Notes: generated by a model from the letters alone, not told the origin. Numbered from the stretch's first letter, positions 11,245-21,797 are shown. The stretch is 58,058 nt of DNA from Candidatus Fervidifonticultor quintus (GCA_031459535.1 JAVKIJ010000008.1:1-58058); one strand, 5' to 3'. Made by a program: numbers and translations.

Positions 11245-12165
11245 CTACCCCCGGAGGACGTGGCGGAGCATGAAGAAGAGGTTGGCCGGGTGTTCGGCCA
11301 TCCGGCGCATGAAGTACGGATACCAGTGGGTCCCGTAGGGGACGTAGACGCGGACCCGCCAGCCCTCCCGCAGCAACCGGGCCTGGAGGTCGCGCCTGAC
11401 GCCGTAGAGGAACTGAAACTCAAAGTGGTCAGGCGCGATCCCCTCGGCCCGCGCCTGGTCCACCGCCGCCTGCACCAGCCGCTCGTCATGGGTCGCGATG
11501 GCGTGATGGGCACGGTGGCGCAGCAGGCGGGTCTGGAGCCTCAGGAAGCTGGCGTTGACGTCGGCCATGTTGGGGTAGGCGATGCTCGGTGGCTCCAAGT
11601 ACGCACCCTTCACCAGCCGGATCGACACGCCCAACCTCAGCAATCGCTCCACGTCGGCCTCGCTGCGGTACAGGTAGGTTTGAATCACCGCACCGAGGTT
11701 CGTGTAACCCTCGCCATGGAGTTGCTCGATGACCTCCAGCGTGGCGTCCACGTAGGCGGAGTGTTCCATGTCCACCCGCACGAAGGTCCCGGCCGGCCTG
11801 GCAGCATCCAGGATCCGGCGCAGATTCCGCGTGGTCAGCGCCCGGTCGAAGTCGAGGCCCAATTGGGTGAGCTTGACGGAGACGTAACAGTCACCCGGGC
11901 CGCTGCGATCTCTCAGGCGGAGGACCGCCTCCAGATAGTCCCTCGTGGCGAGATCGGCCTCGTGGGAATCGGTAATGCGCTCGCCCAGGTGGTTGAGGAT
12001 CGCATCGTACCCGGCCCGGCCCAATGTGTCGATGGCGGCCAGCGCCTCGTCCAGGGTCTCGCCAGCCACAAAACGACGAGACGCCCGCCGGGCCAGGGGA
12101 TGCCGCAGCACGAACGCCCGGGCACGGGGGCTCTCCGACAGATGAAAGAGCACGCGCCGCAGCAT
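11245..12165 (-). CDS. Monofunctional proline dehydrogenase
   Basis: RFVAGE, SVKLTQLG, RLVKGAY, IATHD, VYVPYG, YFMRRMAEHP. Confidence 0.93.
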   Translation of the reverse strand: MLRRVLFHLSESPRARAFVLRHPLARRASRRFVAGETLDEALAAIDTLGRAGYDAILNHLGERITDSHEADLATRDYLEAVLRLRDRSGPGDCYVSVKLTQLGLDFDRALTTRNLRRILDAARPAGTFVRVDMEHSAYVDATLEVIEQLHGEGYTNLGAVIQTYLYRSEADVERLLRLGVSIRLVKGAYLEPPSIAYPNMADVNASFLRLQTRLLRHRAHHAIATHDERLVQAAVDQARAEGIAPDHFEFQFLYGVRRDLQARLLREGWRVRVYVPYGTHWYPYFMRRMAEHPANLFFMLRHVLRG

Positions 12166-12180
12166 CCCCGGCGAGGCGGA

Positions 12181-13452
12181 CTACGGGTAGATGCCGCGCA
12201 GGAACAGGGCCTCGGCCACGCGGTCGATGGCCCGGATCATGGCAGCCGTGCGCATGTTGACCTTGCGGTCCTCCGAGACCTGCCAGACCTGACCGAAGGC
12301 GCGGACCATGATGCGCTCCAGGTTCTGGTTGACCTCCTCCTCGGTCCAGAAGAACTGCTGCAGGCCCTGTACCCACTCGAAGTAGGAGACGATGACCCCG
12401 CCGGCGTTTGCCAGGATGTCGGGAATCACGGGAATCCGCCGGTCATCGAGCACCGCGTCGCCGTCGAGGGTTGTGGGCCCGTTGGCCCCCTCCACCACCA
12501 GCTTCGTCTTGATCCTCGGCGCGTTCTCACCGTTGATCTGACCTTCCAAGGCACTGGGTACCAGGATGTCGCACGGGAGCTCCAGCAGCTCCTGGTTCGT
12601 GACCATGTCGGTGCCCGGGTAGCCGCTGACCGATCCGGTCCTGCGCTTGTGCTCGAGCACCTTGCGCGGATCTATCCCGTTCTTGCTGTAGATGCCGCCG
12701 CCGGTGTCGCTGACAGCGATGATCTTGCAGCCCATATCTGCCAGCAGGTAGGCGGCCACCGATCCCACGTTGCCGAATCCCTGGACCACGACAGATGCGC
12801 CGTCCAGCTTCAGCCCCATCCGCCGGGCGGCCTCCCGCGCGACGATCGCGCACCCCCGTCCGGTGGCCTCAACCCGACCCAGCGACCCGCCGATCGGGAC
12901 CGGCTTGCCGGTCACCACCGCCGGTGTGGAGTAGCCCCGGTGCATGCTGAACGTGTCCATAATCCACGCCATCGTCTGAGGATTGGTACCCACGTCGGGC
13001 GCCGGAATGTCGGCCTCGGGGCCGATCATGAGGGAGATCTCGGTGGCGTAGCGCCGGGTCAGGTGTTCCAGTTCGTTGAGGGAGAGTTCCTTAGGATTGA
13101 CGGCGACGCCCCCCTTGGCGCCGCCATACGGCAGGCCGACCAGAGAGCACTTCCAGGTCATCCACATCGCCAGGGCCCGCACCTCGTTGAGCGTCACGTC
13201 GGGGTGGTACCGGATGCCGCCCTTGCTGGGCCCCAGGACGGTACTGTGATGGACGCGATGGCCGGTGAACACCCGAACCGAGCCGTCGTCCATCTTGACC
13301 GGGAAGTACACCGTCAGCTCCCGCTTCGGGTAGGCCAGGAACTCCCTGATCCCGCGCTTGAGGGGCAGGTAGTCTGCAGCCTGGTTGAACTGTTTGAGCG
13401 CCTGCTCCCATGCATCTTCCTTCGGCGCCATGATCATGGCTTGCACGCTCAT
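12181..13452 (-). CDS. gdhA: Glutamate dehydrogenase
   Basis: [35 protein letters not shown] (glutamate-type Lys/Ser). Confidence 0.92.
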   Translation of the reverse strand: MSVQAMIMAPKEDAWEQALKQFNQAADYLPLKRGIREFLAYPKRELTVYFPVKMDDGSVRVFTGHRVHHSTVLGPSKGGIRYHPDVTLNEVRALAMWMTWKCSLVGLPYGGAKGGVAVNPKELSLNELEHLTRRYATEISLMIGPEADIPAPDVGTNPQTMAWIMDTFSMHRGYSTPAVVTGKPVPIGGSLGRVEATGRGCAIVAREAARRMGLKLDGASVVVQGFGNVGSVAAYLLADMGCKIIAVSDTGGGIYSKNGIDPRKVLEHKRRTGSVSGYPGTDMVTNQELLELPCDILVPSALEGQINGENAPRIKTKLVVEGANGPTTLDGDAVLDDRRIPVIPDILANAGGVIVSYFEWVQGLQQFFWTEEEVNQNLERIMVRAFGQVWQVSEDRKVNMRTAAMIRAIDRVAEALFLRGIYP

Positions 13453-13500
13453 GCGCGAACCTCCTCATGGTCAGGTCAATGGGGCGAGGACGCCCCGCGT

Positions 13501-14460
13501 TCAGCGCACCAGCATCGACAGGGGGACCAGTTCCACGCCCTGCCGGTCGAACTCGTCCCGCATCTGCGCCACGATCCGCGGGGCCAGGTGTTGGGCGTGC
13601 CCGATGGCGATCGCCTCTCCCCGCGTGCGGGCCAGGCTGATGAGGCGCTGGACCTCGGCGCGGATCGCCTCCTCTTCATTGGCGTTGTCCAGGAAGATGG
13701 TCCGAGACGCCCGGGGCACACCGAGCTCGGCAGCCACATCGGCCGCCACGGTGTCGGCGGTGGTCCGGCTGTCCACGAAGTAGAGCCCCTTCTGCCGCGC
13801 CACCGCCAGTACAGCGCGCATGACGCGGCGGTCGGCGGTGCCCAGAGAGCCCATGTGGTTGTTGACGCCCACGGCGCCTGGCACCGTGTGCAGCGCGGCC
13901 CGCACGGTCGCCGCAATCTCCGCGTCGCTCATGGAGACCCTCACACCGTGCGGACCCAGCGGTTGGTGCCCGGTGGCTTCGATGGGGAGGTGCAGGATGA
14001 CCTCAAGACCGGCGGCCGCCGCGCGCCGCGCGACCTCGGACGAGTGCGCCAGACCGGGAAGCACCGCTACAGTCACAGGTCGTCCGATTGCTATGATCTC
14101 TTCGACGTCCTCGAGGCTGCCGCCTGCGTCGTCGAAGACGATGGCGATCCGAGGGCGCCCGGCCGGCGCCTCGGTCGCCCTCAGCCCGGGCGTCGGCTCT
14201 GGGGCAGGTGGCGGCGTCACTCGCGGCACGGGCGTGGAGGCCCGCACAGGTGTGGGCGCCGGCGGGCGCACCACGGGCCGCGGGGGTTCCACGCGCCGGG
14301 CCTGGCAGGACAGGCCGAGACCGACCAGCACGCCCAGGACGATCGCCAACCTCACGGCCGTGCCCGGCCGCCCGGTCCGGCGCCCGCCGTCGGGCCTGCG
14401 CCGGGCCGGGCGGCGCCTAGCGCGGGCGCGCGACGCGCTGCTTGAGGATCTCGATCCCAC
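13501..14460 (-). CDS. Divergent polysaccharide deacetylase family (YibQ-like), probable lipoprotein; alternative GTG start at 14355
   Basis: IAIVFDDAG, LHLPIE, NNHMGS, FVDSRT, IAIGH; LGLSC lipobox-like site and Pro-rich linker. Confidence 0.85.
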   Translation of the reverse strand: MGSRSSSSASRARARRRPARRRPDGGRRTGRPGTAVRLAIVLGVLVGLGLSCQARRVEPPRPVVRPPAPTPVRASTPVPRVTPPPAPEPTPGLRATEAPAGRPRIAIVFDDAGGSLEDVEEIIAIGRPVTVAVLPGLAHSSEVARRAAAAGLEVILHLPIEATGHQPLGPHGVRVSMSDAEIAATVRAALHTVPGAVGVNNHMGSLGTADRRVMRAVLAVARQKGLYFVDSRTTADTVAADVAAELGVPRASRTIFLDNANEEEAIRAEVQRLISLARTRGEAIAIGHAQHLAPRIVAQMRDEFDRQGVELVPLSMLVR

Positions 14461-15634
14461 GTTGCAGCTGCCCGCTCATCGTCTGTGCCAGGCCAGCGTC
14501 CGTCTGGCCCTCGAGCCGCTCGCCTACGGGCACATCTGGGGGGATCCCCCGGCCGTGGATGTCGTGGCCGGCCGGGGTCAGATACTTGGCGGTCGTGATG
14601 GCGGCGCCACCACCGCCGGTGAGATTGAATACCGACTGGATCACGCCCTTGCCAAACGTCTGGCGGCCGACCAGCGTGGCGCCCGCCGAATCCCTCAGCG
14701 CCCCGGCCAGAATCTCCGAGGCGCTGGCACTGAACTCGTTCACCAGCACCACCACCGGGATCGGGATTTTCTGCCCGCGGCTGGCGCGCTCCGTGGTGCG
14801 GCGTCCGTCGCGGCCGACGATGTGCACGATCGCTCGCCCCTCGGGGACGAACCGGTTCGCGATCTGCAGCGATGACTCCAGCAACCCGCCTCCGTTGCTG
14901 CGCAAGTCGATCAGCATCCCGCGCACGCCGGCCAGCAATTGGCGGTCCATCTCGGCGGTCACTTCACGAGGGGTCTGCTCCGTGAACGTCAAGATCCTCA
15001 TGTACCCGAGCCGCGCGGCCAGCAGCTGCCGCTGGGCGGACGCATCCAGCACCGAGGGCCCCTGCACCGTGACGATCTGCACCCGAGCCCGCGTGATCTC
15101 CACTTCGAAGGTCTGGTCGCCGCGGGTGATGGTGAGCTTGACCTTGGTGCCGGCGGGACCGCGGATGCGGGTGACCGCTTCCTGGAGCGCCATGCCGTCG
15201 GTCGGCGTGCCGTCGATCCTTCGGATCCGGTCGCCGGAGCGCAACCCGGCCCGTTGTGCCGGGGTGCCGTCGATGGGCTGCACGACGATCAGGTGACTGT
15301 CGCGGATGTCGATGAAGATGCCGATGCCGAAGAAGAACCCTCTGGCGTCCTGGGAGAACTCCCGGAACGCCTGGCCGTCCATGTAGCGCGTGTACGGATC
15401 GCCCAGGGCCTCCAGCATCCCGCGAGCCGCGCCGTCGAAGAGGCTGGAGGCCGGGGGGATGGGGTTCAGGTACTCCCGCCGCACGATGCCGAGCAGTTCC
15501 CGGATCAGGGCGAACCCCTGGTCGTCTGCGGACCTCGCCGCGGCCGCCTGCTGACCGTAGAGGTAGCCCGCTGCGAACATCGAGGCGGCTGCGACCACCA
15601 CCGCAAGCACAGCAGAGAACCGGAACTTCTTCAC
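14417..15634 (-). CDS. ctpA: S41 carboxy-terminal processing protease with PDZ domain
   Basis: DLRSNGGG, SASASEI, TFGKG, GIGI PDZ motif; GTG at 15634 follows GGAGG. Confidence 0.9.
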   Translation of the reverse strand: MKKFRFSAVLAVVVAAASMFAAGYLYGQQAAAARSADDQGFALIRELLGIVRREYLNPIPPASSLFDGAARGMLEALGDPYTRYMDGQAFREFSQDARGFFFGIGIFIDIRDSHLIVVQPIDGTPAQRAGLRSGDRIRRIDGTPTDGMALQEAVTRIRGPAGTKVKLTITRGDQTFEVEITRARVQIVTVQGPSVLDASAQRQLLAARLGYMRILTFTEQTPREVTAEMDRQLLAGVRGMLIDLRSNGGGLLESSLQIANRFVPEGRAIVHIVGRDGRRTTERASRGQKIPIPVVVLVNEFSASASEILAGALRDSAGATLVGRQTFGKGVIQSVFNLTGGGGAAITTAKYLTPAGHDIHGRGIPPDVPVGERLEGQTDAGLAQTMSGQLQRGIEILKQRVARPR

Positions 15635-15677
15635 CAGACATCGCCTCCCGGCCAGCTCGAGACGGGCCAGCGGGTGT

Positions 15678-15706
15678 AGCTTATCGTGGAGTCGCGGCGC
15701 GAACAA
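15678..15706 (-). promoter_or_regulatory. Putative sigma70 promoter TTGTTC-N17-TAAGCT upstream of ctpA
   Basis: 17-nt spacing, located in the intergenic gap. Confidence 0.45.
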
Positions 15707-15729
15707 GCAGCGGAGGCGTCCCACCAGGT

Positions 15730-16869
15730 CTAGGGCAAGGGATCCACAGGCCGCCCGTTCTGCCGCACCTCGAAGTGCAGGTGCGGACCGGTGCTGTAGC
15801 CGGTGCTCCCCACCCGACCGATCACCTGGTTGCGGGCGACGCGCTGGCCCACGGCGACACCGACCACGGAGAGATGGCCATAGAGGGTGGAGAGCCCCTG
15901 TCCGTGGTCGAGGACGACGAGCTTGCCGTAGCCACCGTACCAGCCGGCAAACAGCACCACGCCGGAGGCCGCGGCCCGCACGGGTGTCCCCCGCGGCGCG
16001 GCGATGTCCAAACCGGTGTGGAGGTGCCGGCGACCGAACAACGGGTGGATCCGGGACCCAAAGCGTGACGTGAACCGGCCCCGCAGCGGCAGGATGAACC
16101 CGGCCATCGCCCGGCGGCCCAGAACGGCACCCGCGCCCTGCAGCCGTTGGATCAGCGCCTCGAGCTCGGCGGAGTCCTCCTCAAGCTCGCGCACCGCCTG
16201 CTCGGCCATCAGGCGCTCCCTCATGATACGCCGGAGGATGGCGCGCTTCTCTTCGACCTGGTGGGCGAGGGCTGCCTGGCGCTCCTCGGTCTCCTGCATC
16301 AGGGTCCGGACCCGCGCGTGCTGCGCCTCGAGCTGCTCCCGGAGTTCCGCAGTCCGGTCCCGGTCCTTGGCGTAGGTCTGGACGAGCTGAGCATCCTGGT
16401 GGATGATGGCGCTGACCAAGCGCGCGCGGGCGACGAACTCCGGAAAGGACGTGGCGCCCAGTACCACGTCCAGGTACCCTGCCCGGCCCAGGCGGTGAGC
16501 GTCCACCAGTCGCTCGCCGAGGTGAGTCTGCTGGCGCGCCAGCGCGCTTTCGGCGCGGGCCAGGGCCGTCGCCGCGGCCTCTTCCTGGCGCCGCACCCGC
16601 CGCAGCTCCGCGGCCAGCCGGGCGAGCCGCTGCTCGGCAGCCTCGCGCCCCCGATCGAGGTCCCCGACCTCGTCGGCGAGCCGGCGCTCGTTGCGCCGGG
16701 TCCGGGCGAGCCGCTGGCGCTGCTCCTGCAGCCGCTGCTGCACCCGCCGCAGCTCCTCCCGCTTGGCTGGCAACTGGGCGCCTGCTGAGACCGGCGCGGC
16801 CGCGGCCCTACCGGCGGGGCCTCCTGCCAGCAGGCCGGCGACCAGCATGGCGACCAGACGACGAATCAC
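15730..16869 (-). CDS. EnvC-like coiled-coil M23 peptidase
   Basis: Signal peptide, long coiled coil, intact HTGLD and HLH M23 motifs; GTGA overlap with the ftsX stop. Confidence 0.9.
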   Translation of the reverse strand: MIRRLVAMLVAGLLAGGPAGRAAAAPVSAGAQLPAKREELRRVQQRLQEQRQRLARTRRNERRLADEVGDLDRGREAAEQRLARLAAELRRVRRQEEAAATALARAESALARQQTHLGERLVDAHRLGRAGYLDVVLGATSFPEFVARARLVSAIIHQDAQLVQTYAKDRDRTAELREQLEAQHARVRTLMQETEERQAALAHQVEEKRAILRRIMRERLMAEQAVRELEEDSAELEALIQRLQGAGAVLGRRAMAGFILPLRGRFTSRFGSRIHPLFGRRHLHTGLDIAAPRGTPVRAAASGVVLFAGWYGGYGKLVVLDHGQGLSTLYGHLSVVGVAVGQRVARNQVIGRVGSTGYSTGPHLHFEVRQNGRPVDPLP

Positions 16870-17819
16870 AGAGCGAGATACCTCCGCAGGCCGATTTCGC
16901 TTCCGCCGACCCCCACCGCGATCCCCAGGCCCCACACTAGGGCCAGCGCCGGCGGCAGCACACGAATCGGCTCAAGCAGCGGGAGAAACGGCAGCGACGC
17001 AGAGGTCTGGTTGACGAGCACCACGTAGCCGGGAGCCAGGATGGCGGTGGCCACCGCCGCGGCGGTGAGGCCCTGGAGCAGCCCTTCCACGAGAAACGGC
17101 CCGCGGATGAACCCGGCGGTCGCCCCCACCAGGGCCATGATCTCGATCTCCTGCCGGCGAGCCGCAATGGTGAGCCGGATGGTGTTGACAATGATGAGGA
17201 GCGCGGCAGCCGACAGCAGGCCGGCGACCAGGAGACCGGCGACACGCACCGCACGGGTCAGGGCCACCAGACGGTCCACCACGGGCGTGCCATAGGCGAC
17301 TTCCTCCACGCCCTCGAGCTGTCGGACCGCTTCGGCCACCGCCCGGATGTGGCGCGCATCGTTCACGCGCAGTTCGATGGAATCGGGCAGCGGGTTAGAG
17401 GGCAGTAGCTCATTGACGGCCGCCATGGACCGGAAGGTCCGCTGCAACCGCCGCATGGCGTCCACCCGGGTGACGATCTCGGCACTGCGCACCCCCCGGA
17501 TGGCCTCCGCGGCGGCCAGGATCCGCTGCTGCCCGGCGGCACTGACGTCGCGGCGCAGGAACGCCACCACCTCGACCTGGGACTCCAGGACGGCTGCCAC
17601 GTTGGCCAGGTTCGCCGACACCACGAAACCGGCACCGGCCGTGGCCAGCGCGACGCTAATCGTGGTGGTCGCGGCGGCCACCATGAGGCCGTTGCGGCGA
17701 AGGCCCCCCAGGGCATCGCCCAGCACGGCGCGGACCCCGCCCGAGCGGCCCGGGGCACCCCGCTGGCGGCGCGGGGGCTGGGGATCAGCGCGCGGTCTGG
17801 TAGAGACCCCGGAACTCAT
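16866..17819 (-). CDS. ftsX: Cell division permease FtsX (start uncertain)
   Basis: NPLPDS, IVNTIRLTI, EIEIMALVGAT, IRGPFLVEG. Confidence 0.92.
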   Translation of the reverse strand: MSSGVSTRPRADPQPPRRQRGAPGRSGGVRAVLGDALGGLRRNGLMVAAATTTISVALATAGAGFVVSANLANVAAVLESQVEVVAFLRRDVSAAGQQRILAAAEAIRGVRSAEIVTRVDAMRRLQRTFRSMAAVNELLPSNPLPDSIELRVNDARHIRAVAEAVRQLEGVEEVAYGTPVVDRLVALTRAVRVAGLLVAGLLSAAALLIIVNTIRLTIAARRQEIEIMALVGATAGFIRGPFLVEGLLQGLTAAAVATAILAPGYVVLVNQTSASLPFLPLLEPIRVLPPALALVWGLGIAVGVGGSEIGLRRYLAL

Positions 17820-18471
17820 CGCGGACGACGCGGCCAGCGCACAGCTCGATCACGCGGCGGCGGAGGATGTCGACCAGCGTAGGATTGTGCGTGGTCACCA
17901 CCATGGTGGTGCCGCGCAAATTGATGGAACTCAGCAGATGCATGATCTCCCACGCGGCCTCGGGATCCAGGTTGCCGGTGGGCTCATCGGCCAGCACGAC
18001 GCGCGGCCGGGTGACGATGGCGCGGGCGATCCCCACCCGTTGCTGTTCCCCGCCGGACAGTCGGGCCGGCAGGTCGCTGGCCCGTTCGGCCAGACCCACG
18101 GTCTCCAGGGCCCACTGCACCCGCGGCCCGATCTCGACGGGATCCACGCCGGTCACCCGGAGGGCAAAGGCCACGTTCTCAGCGGCGGAACGATCGGGCA
18201 GGAGTTTGAAATCCTGGAACACTACACCGAGGCGCCGCCGCAGATGGGGCACCTGGTGGGGCCGGAGGGCGCCCACGTCGATGCCGTCGACGATGACCCG
18301 GCCGGCGGTGGGGCACTCGGTGCGCTGGATCAACTTGAGGAAGGTGGACTTCCCGCTTCCGGTAGGGCCAACCAGGAAGACGAACTCGCCGGGCTCGATC
18401 CGAACTGTGACGTCCTCGAGGGCGACAACGCCGGTGGAGTACCGCTTGCCGACGTGTGCGAAGTGGATCAT
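17785..18471 (-). CDS. ftsE: Cell division ATPase FtsE
   Basis: GPTGSGKST, GVVFQDFKLL, LSGGEQQRV, ADEPTGNLD; adjacent to ftsX. Confidence 0.93.
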   Translation of the reverse strand: MIHFAHVGKRYSTGVVALEDVTVRIEPGEFVFLVGPTGSGKSTFLKLIQRTECPTAGRVIVDGIDVGALRPHQVPHLRRRLGVVFQDFKLLPDRSAAENVAFALRVTGVDPVEIGPRVQWALETVGLAERASDLPARLSGGEQQRVGIARAIVTRPRVVLADEPTGNLDPEAAWEIMHLLSSINLRGTTMVVTTHNPTLVDILRRRVIELCAGRVVRDEFRGLYQTAR

Positions 18472-18522
18472 ACGCTGCTCCGACGAAAAGGTGCGTCCGT
18501 TGGGTCGTTGTCGGTGGCCCGC

Positions 18523-18550
18523 TTTCGCCGATCGGCGGGTAATCTCCTGC
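18523..18550 (-). promoter_or_regulatory. Putative sigma-H-like promoter GCAGGA-N18-GAAA upstream of ftsE
   Basis: Recurring motif in the surE-ftsE gap. Confidence 0.45.
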
Positions 18551-18560
18551 CCAACCGCGG

Positions 18561-19340
18561 CTAGCCGACGGCCAGATGCCAGGTCTCCAGTTCCCGCAGG
18601 AGCCGCTCGTCGGTCATGTTGAGGTGCACCGGCGTGACCGACACATAGCCTGCCGCCAGGGCCCACGCGTCGGTCCCCTCCTCGTCCGAGGAGAGCTGGC
18701 GCTGCCCGGTCAACCAGTAGTACGTCTGCCCGCGCGGGTCGGTGCGCCGCTCCAGCGACGAGAGGTAGCGCCTGGCCCCCTGCCGCGTAAGCGCCACACC
18801 CTTGAGCTGCTCGACCGGCAGATTGGGCACGTTGACGTTCAACAGGGTATCGTCGGGGAGCGGGCCGTCAACGCAGCGCCGGGCGAGCCGGGCGGCGAAC
18901 CGAGCGGCGATGTCGAACCGGACGTTCTCGAACGCCGCCACCGAGATGGCGATGCTCGGAATGCCCAGGATCGCTCCCTCCATCGCCCCGGAGACCGTGC
19001 CCGAATACGTGAGGTCGCGGCCCAGGTTGGCGCCCATGTTGATACCCGAGACCACCACGTCCGGCCGGTGGTCCACGAGCTCCAGCACCCCCAGGATGAC
19101 GCAGTCGGCGGGCGTGCCGTTCGTCGCCCAGGCGACGACGCCCTGCGGGTATCCGAGAACGGGCCGGGCGCGCAGCGGCTTGTGCAGGGTGACCGCATGG
19201 CCGGTGGCGCTCCGTTCGTGCTCGGGAGCCACCACCACCGTCTCGTGTTCCGGGGCGAAAGCCTCGGCCAGGGCCCGCAGGCCCGGCGAGGCGATCCCGT
19301 CATCGTTGGTCAGCAGCACACGCATGGAGTCTGTGATCAC
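18561..19340 (-). CDS. surE: 5'/3'-nucleotidase SurE
   Basis: LLTNDDG, GTPADC, SGINMGAN, YSGT. Confidence 0.95.
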   Translation of the reverse strand: MITDSMRVLLTNDDGIASPGLRALAEAFAPEHETVVVAPEHERSATGHAVTLHKPLRARPVLGYPQGVVAWATNGTPADCVILGVLELVDHRPDVVVSGINMGANLGRDLTYSGTVSGAMEGAILGIPSIAISVAAFENVRFDIAARFAARLARRCVDGPLPDDTLLNVNVPNLPVEQLKGVALTRQGARRYLSSLERRTDPRGQTYYWLTGQRQLSSDEEGTDAWALAAGYVSVTPVHLNMTDERLLRELETWHLAVG

Positions 19341-20182
19341 ACCACCTCGGCGGTCGCGGCCGCATATCCGACAACGCTGTCATGACCGCCGCCGGTATCG
19401 CCCGAAGTCGCATACCTCAGGACATGGAACGACGTGGCGCCCAGGCGCCTGCAGGCCTCCAGGACTGCCGCGGCCGGTCCGGCCCCGCACATGGTCAGGC
19501 CCCGCCCGGCCACCGTCTCCAGCAGCCCCTCACTGTCACCGGCGGCCAGCGCATTGAGAATCGGTCGGTCGGCGGCCACCGCGCGCTGGTGGGGCAGGTA
19601 GTGGCTGAGATCAGTGGACGCAACCAGCGTCACGGCCAGACCCGCGCCGGCCGCCGCCAGCGCGTCGGCCAACCGTCGCACCGTCTGCCGGTCCTGCACG
19701 GCCATGACGATGGGTAGCACGCAGCCGCGGTATCCGAGATACTGCAGGAATGGAAGCTGAACTTCCACGCTGTGCTCATGCGCGTGACCGCGGCCGTCCA
19801 GGGCAAGACCGCGCTCTGCCAGCGCAGCCTTCGCCGGGTGGTCGGTATTCACCTGGCCCAACGGTGTGCGCCACGCCGAGTGGGGAGCCACGGCGACGGG
19901 GCTCCCCAGCCCGTAATGATCGGGGCCGACAATCACGATCACCTCAGGGGCCACCGATTCGGCCAGGTGGAGGTAGGCATGGGCGGCCACCGGCCCCGAG
20001 TACATGAGGCCGGCGTGGGGCGCCACGAGGCCGACCACGCGGCGGCGGCCCCACGGCCTGGGCCTGGCCCGCGGCCCGACCGGGTGGTCAAAGCACCACT
20101 CCAGTTGGCTCCGCAGCCTGCCAGGGTCGGCCTCGTAGAACGCGCCGGCGACCGCCGGGGGCCGCACGCTCAGATCGCCCAT
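19337..20182 (-). CDS. MEMO1/AmmeMemoRadiSam protein B family
   Basis: RPPAVAGAFY, PHAGLMYSG, GPDH, EHSVEVQLPFLQ, STDLSH, MCG, SVVGY. Confidence 0.9.
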   Translation of the reverse strand: MGDLSVRPPAVAGAFYEADPGRLRSQLEWCFDHPVGPRARPRPWGRRRVVGLVAPHAGLMYSGPVAAHAYLHLAESVAPEVIVIVGPDHYGLGSPVAVAPHSAWRTPLGQVNTDHPAKAALAERGLALDGRGHAHEHSVEVQLPFLQYLGYRGCVLPIVMAVQDRQTVRRLADALAAAGAGLAVTLVASTDLSHYLPHQRAVAADRPILNALAAGDSEGLLETVAGRGLTMCGAGPAAAVLEACRRLGATSFHVLRYATSGDTGGGHDSVVGYAAATAEVV

Positions 20183-20184
20183 GG

Positions 20185-20532
20185 TCACGCCCCCGAGGGC
20201 CGGGTTGGATCCGGCTGGGGACGGACCTGGCCGGTCAGCCATGCCAGGTATGCGTCGGAACCGGCGCTCACCGGGAGGGCCAGGACCTCGGGCACCGTGT
20301 ACGAGTGCAGGCTCTTGATCCGCTCGATCACCGCCGGCAGCGCGGGCTGCACCGTCTTGATCACCAGCAGCCACTCGGTCGCCCGTTCGACCTCTCCCTG
20401 CCAGCGATAGACGGACTGCACACCGGGTACCACGTTGACGCATGCGGCCAGGTGCTCGACGACCAGCGCCTGGGCCAGGCGTTCGGCCTCCTCGGCCCTA
20501 CCGGCTGTTACCAGGACCACCACCGGGATCAT
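20185..20532 (-). CDS. cutA: Divalent cation tolerance protein CutA
   Basis: LAACVN, SVYRWQG, HSYTVPE, YLAW. Confidence 0.92.
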   Translation of the reverse strand: MIPVVVLVTAGRAEEAERLAQALVVEHLAACVNVVPGVQSVYRWQGEVERATEWLLVIKTVQPALPAVIERIKSLHSYTVPEVLALPVSAGSDAYLAWLTGQVRPQPDPTRPSGA

Positions 20533-20554
20533 GGACGGTGCAGATGCGATGCGT

Positions 20555-21718
20555 TCAGTCTTGCTCGCGCCACCAGTCAGGTGACAGATCGCGCTTCGGC
20601 CGGACCTCCCGCACGCTGGGCCCGGCGCCGGCGCGCTCCTTGGCCACGCGGGCCCGCAGCTGCTCGAACTCCCGTAGGTCGGTGAGCACTTTCAAGGTGT
20701 TCCACACCGCCTCTTCCACGTGCTCGCCGCCCTCCCTGCTCACCAGGGCCACCAGGGGTTCGATGACCCGCTTGTTGCGCAGCTTACCGAGAATGCGAAT
20801 CGCCAGCCGCTTCACCTCCACATCCTCGTCTTCGAGGGAGGTGACGAACTGCTCGGTGGCGCCTTCCCCAAACAGTGCGAACAGGACCCGCAGGGCGAAC
20901 CGCCGCACCTTCGGCATGGGATTCTCCAGGGCCACCCGGAGCTGCTCCACCACCTCGGCCCGAGGCCGGCCGGCGAAGGCTTCCACGACGATCTTCGGCG
21001 GGTGGATCTCCCGGTCGACGTGGGCCGGTTCTGCCGCCTCCAGGACACCGCGCTCCTCCAGCCGTGCCAGCGTGGCCACCACCGCCTCCTGCAGCCGGGG
21101 ATCGCGCAGGAACAGATCCAGCAGCGGCCGGACGATCCGCCCATCGCCCACGCGGCCCAGCACCGATAGCGCCGTGGCCTGGATGACCTGGCTGTCGTGG
21201 CCCAGTGCCTCCAGGAGCGCCTCGATGGCCCGGGGCCCGATGTCCACCAGGATCTTCATCACCTGCGTCCCGATCTTGCGACGCAGGACCTTGTCCTCGA
21301 AGGTGGCCATGAGCGGGGCGACCCCATCGGGACCGATGCGCACCAGCGCCTCGGTGGCCGCCAGTTGCAGCGAGCGCTCACGGCGGGCCAGCACGCGGAT
21401 CAGGGGCTCCACCGCGCCCCGATCCCGCATGTCACGCAAGCCGTTGACGGCCTGGAGGACGACCTGTTCGCTCCGGTCGGCGAGTGCGGCCCGCAACGCC
21501 TCCGCCGCCGCCGGTCCGCTGATGCGGCGCAGCGCCATCACGGCGCTCTTGCGCACGTACTCGTCCGCGTCCTGCAACGCGCGCGCCAGGGCCGAGACCG
21601 CCGCCTCGTCGCCCAGCTTGCCCAGCGCATGGGCCGCATCGCTGCGCACGGTGACATCGTTGCTCTCGAGCTGGCGCAATAGCCTCTGTAGCTCGTCGGC
21701 CTTGGCGGCCTCCGGCAT
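20555..21718 (-). CDS. HEAT/PBS-lyase repeat protein
   Basis: Repeated VR..AA.ALG / AVEPLI units; AGGAGG upstream. Confidence 0.85.
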   Translation of the reverse strand: MPEAAKADELQRLLRQLESNDVTVRSDAAHALGKLGDEAAVSALARALQDADEYVRKSAVMALRRISGPAAAEALRAALADRSEQVVLQAVNGLRDMRDRGAVEPLIRVLARRERSLQLAATEALVRIGPDGVAPLMATFEDKVLRRKIGTQVMKILVDIGPRAIEALLEALGHDSQVIQATALSVLGRVGDGRIVRPLLDLFLRDPRLQEAVVATLARLEERGVLEAAEPAHVDREIHPPKIVVEAFAGRPRAEVVEQLRVALENPMPKVRRFALRVLFALFGEGATEQFVTSLEDEDVEVKRLAIRILGKLRNKRVIEPLVALVSREGGEHVEEAVWNTLKVLTDLREFEQLRARVAKERAGAGPSVREVRPKRDLSPDWWREQD

Positions 21719-21797
21719 GCCAGTTCCTCCTGCTTCTCGTCACGGACTAACGGGCAGCGCCCGCGGGCATGGCGCCGGCTGGGTGCCTGCTACAGTA

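Noticed and set aside
13471-13496. Small hairpin GGGGCG/CGCCCC upstream of gdhA
   Set aside because: Only 6 bp with no U-tract; expected by chance at this GC content.
11260-14445. 1061-aa + strand ORF
   Set aside because: Antisense shadow of three real minus-strand genes that share one frame (ends at 11245, 12181, 13501). Long antisense ORFs are expected at high GC, and it has no recognisable motifs.
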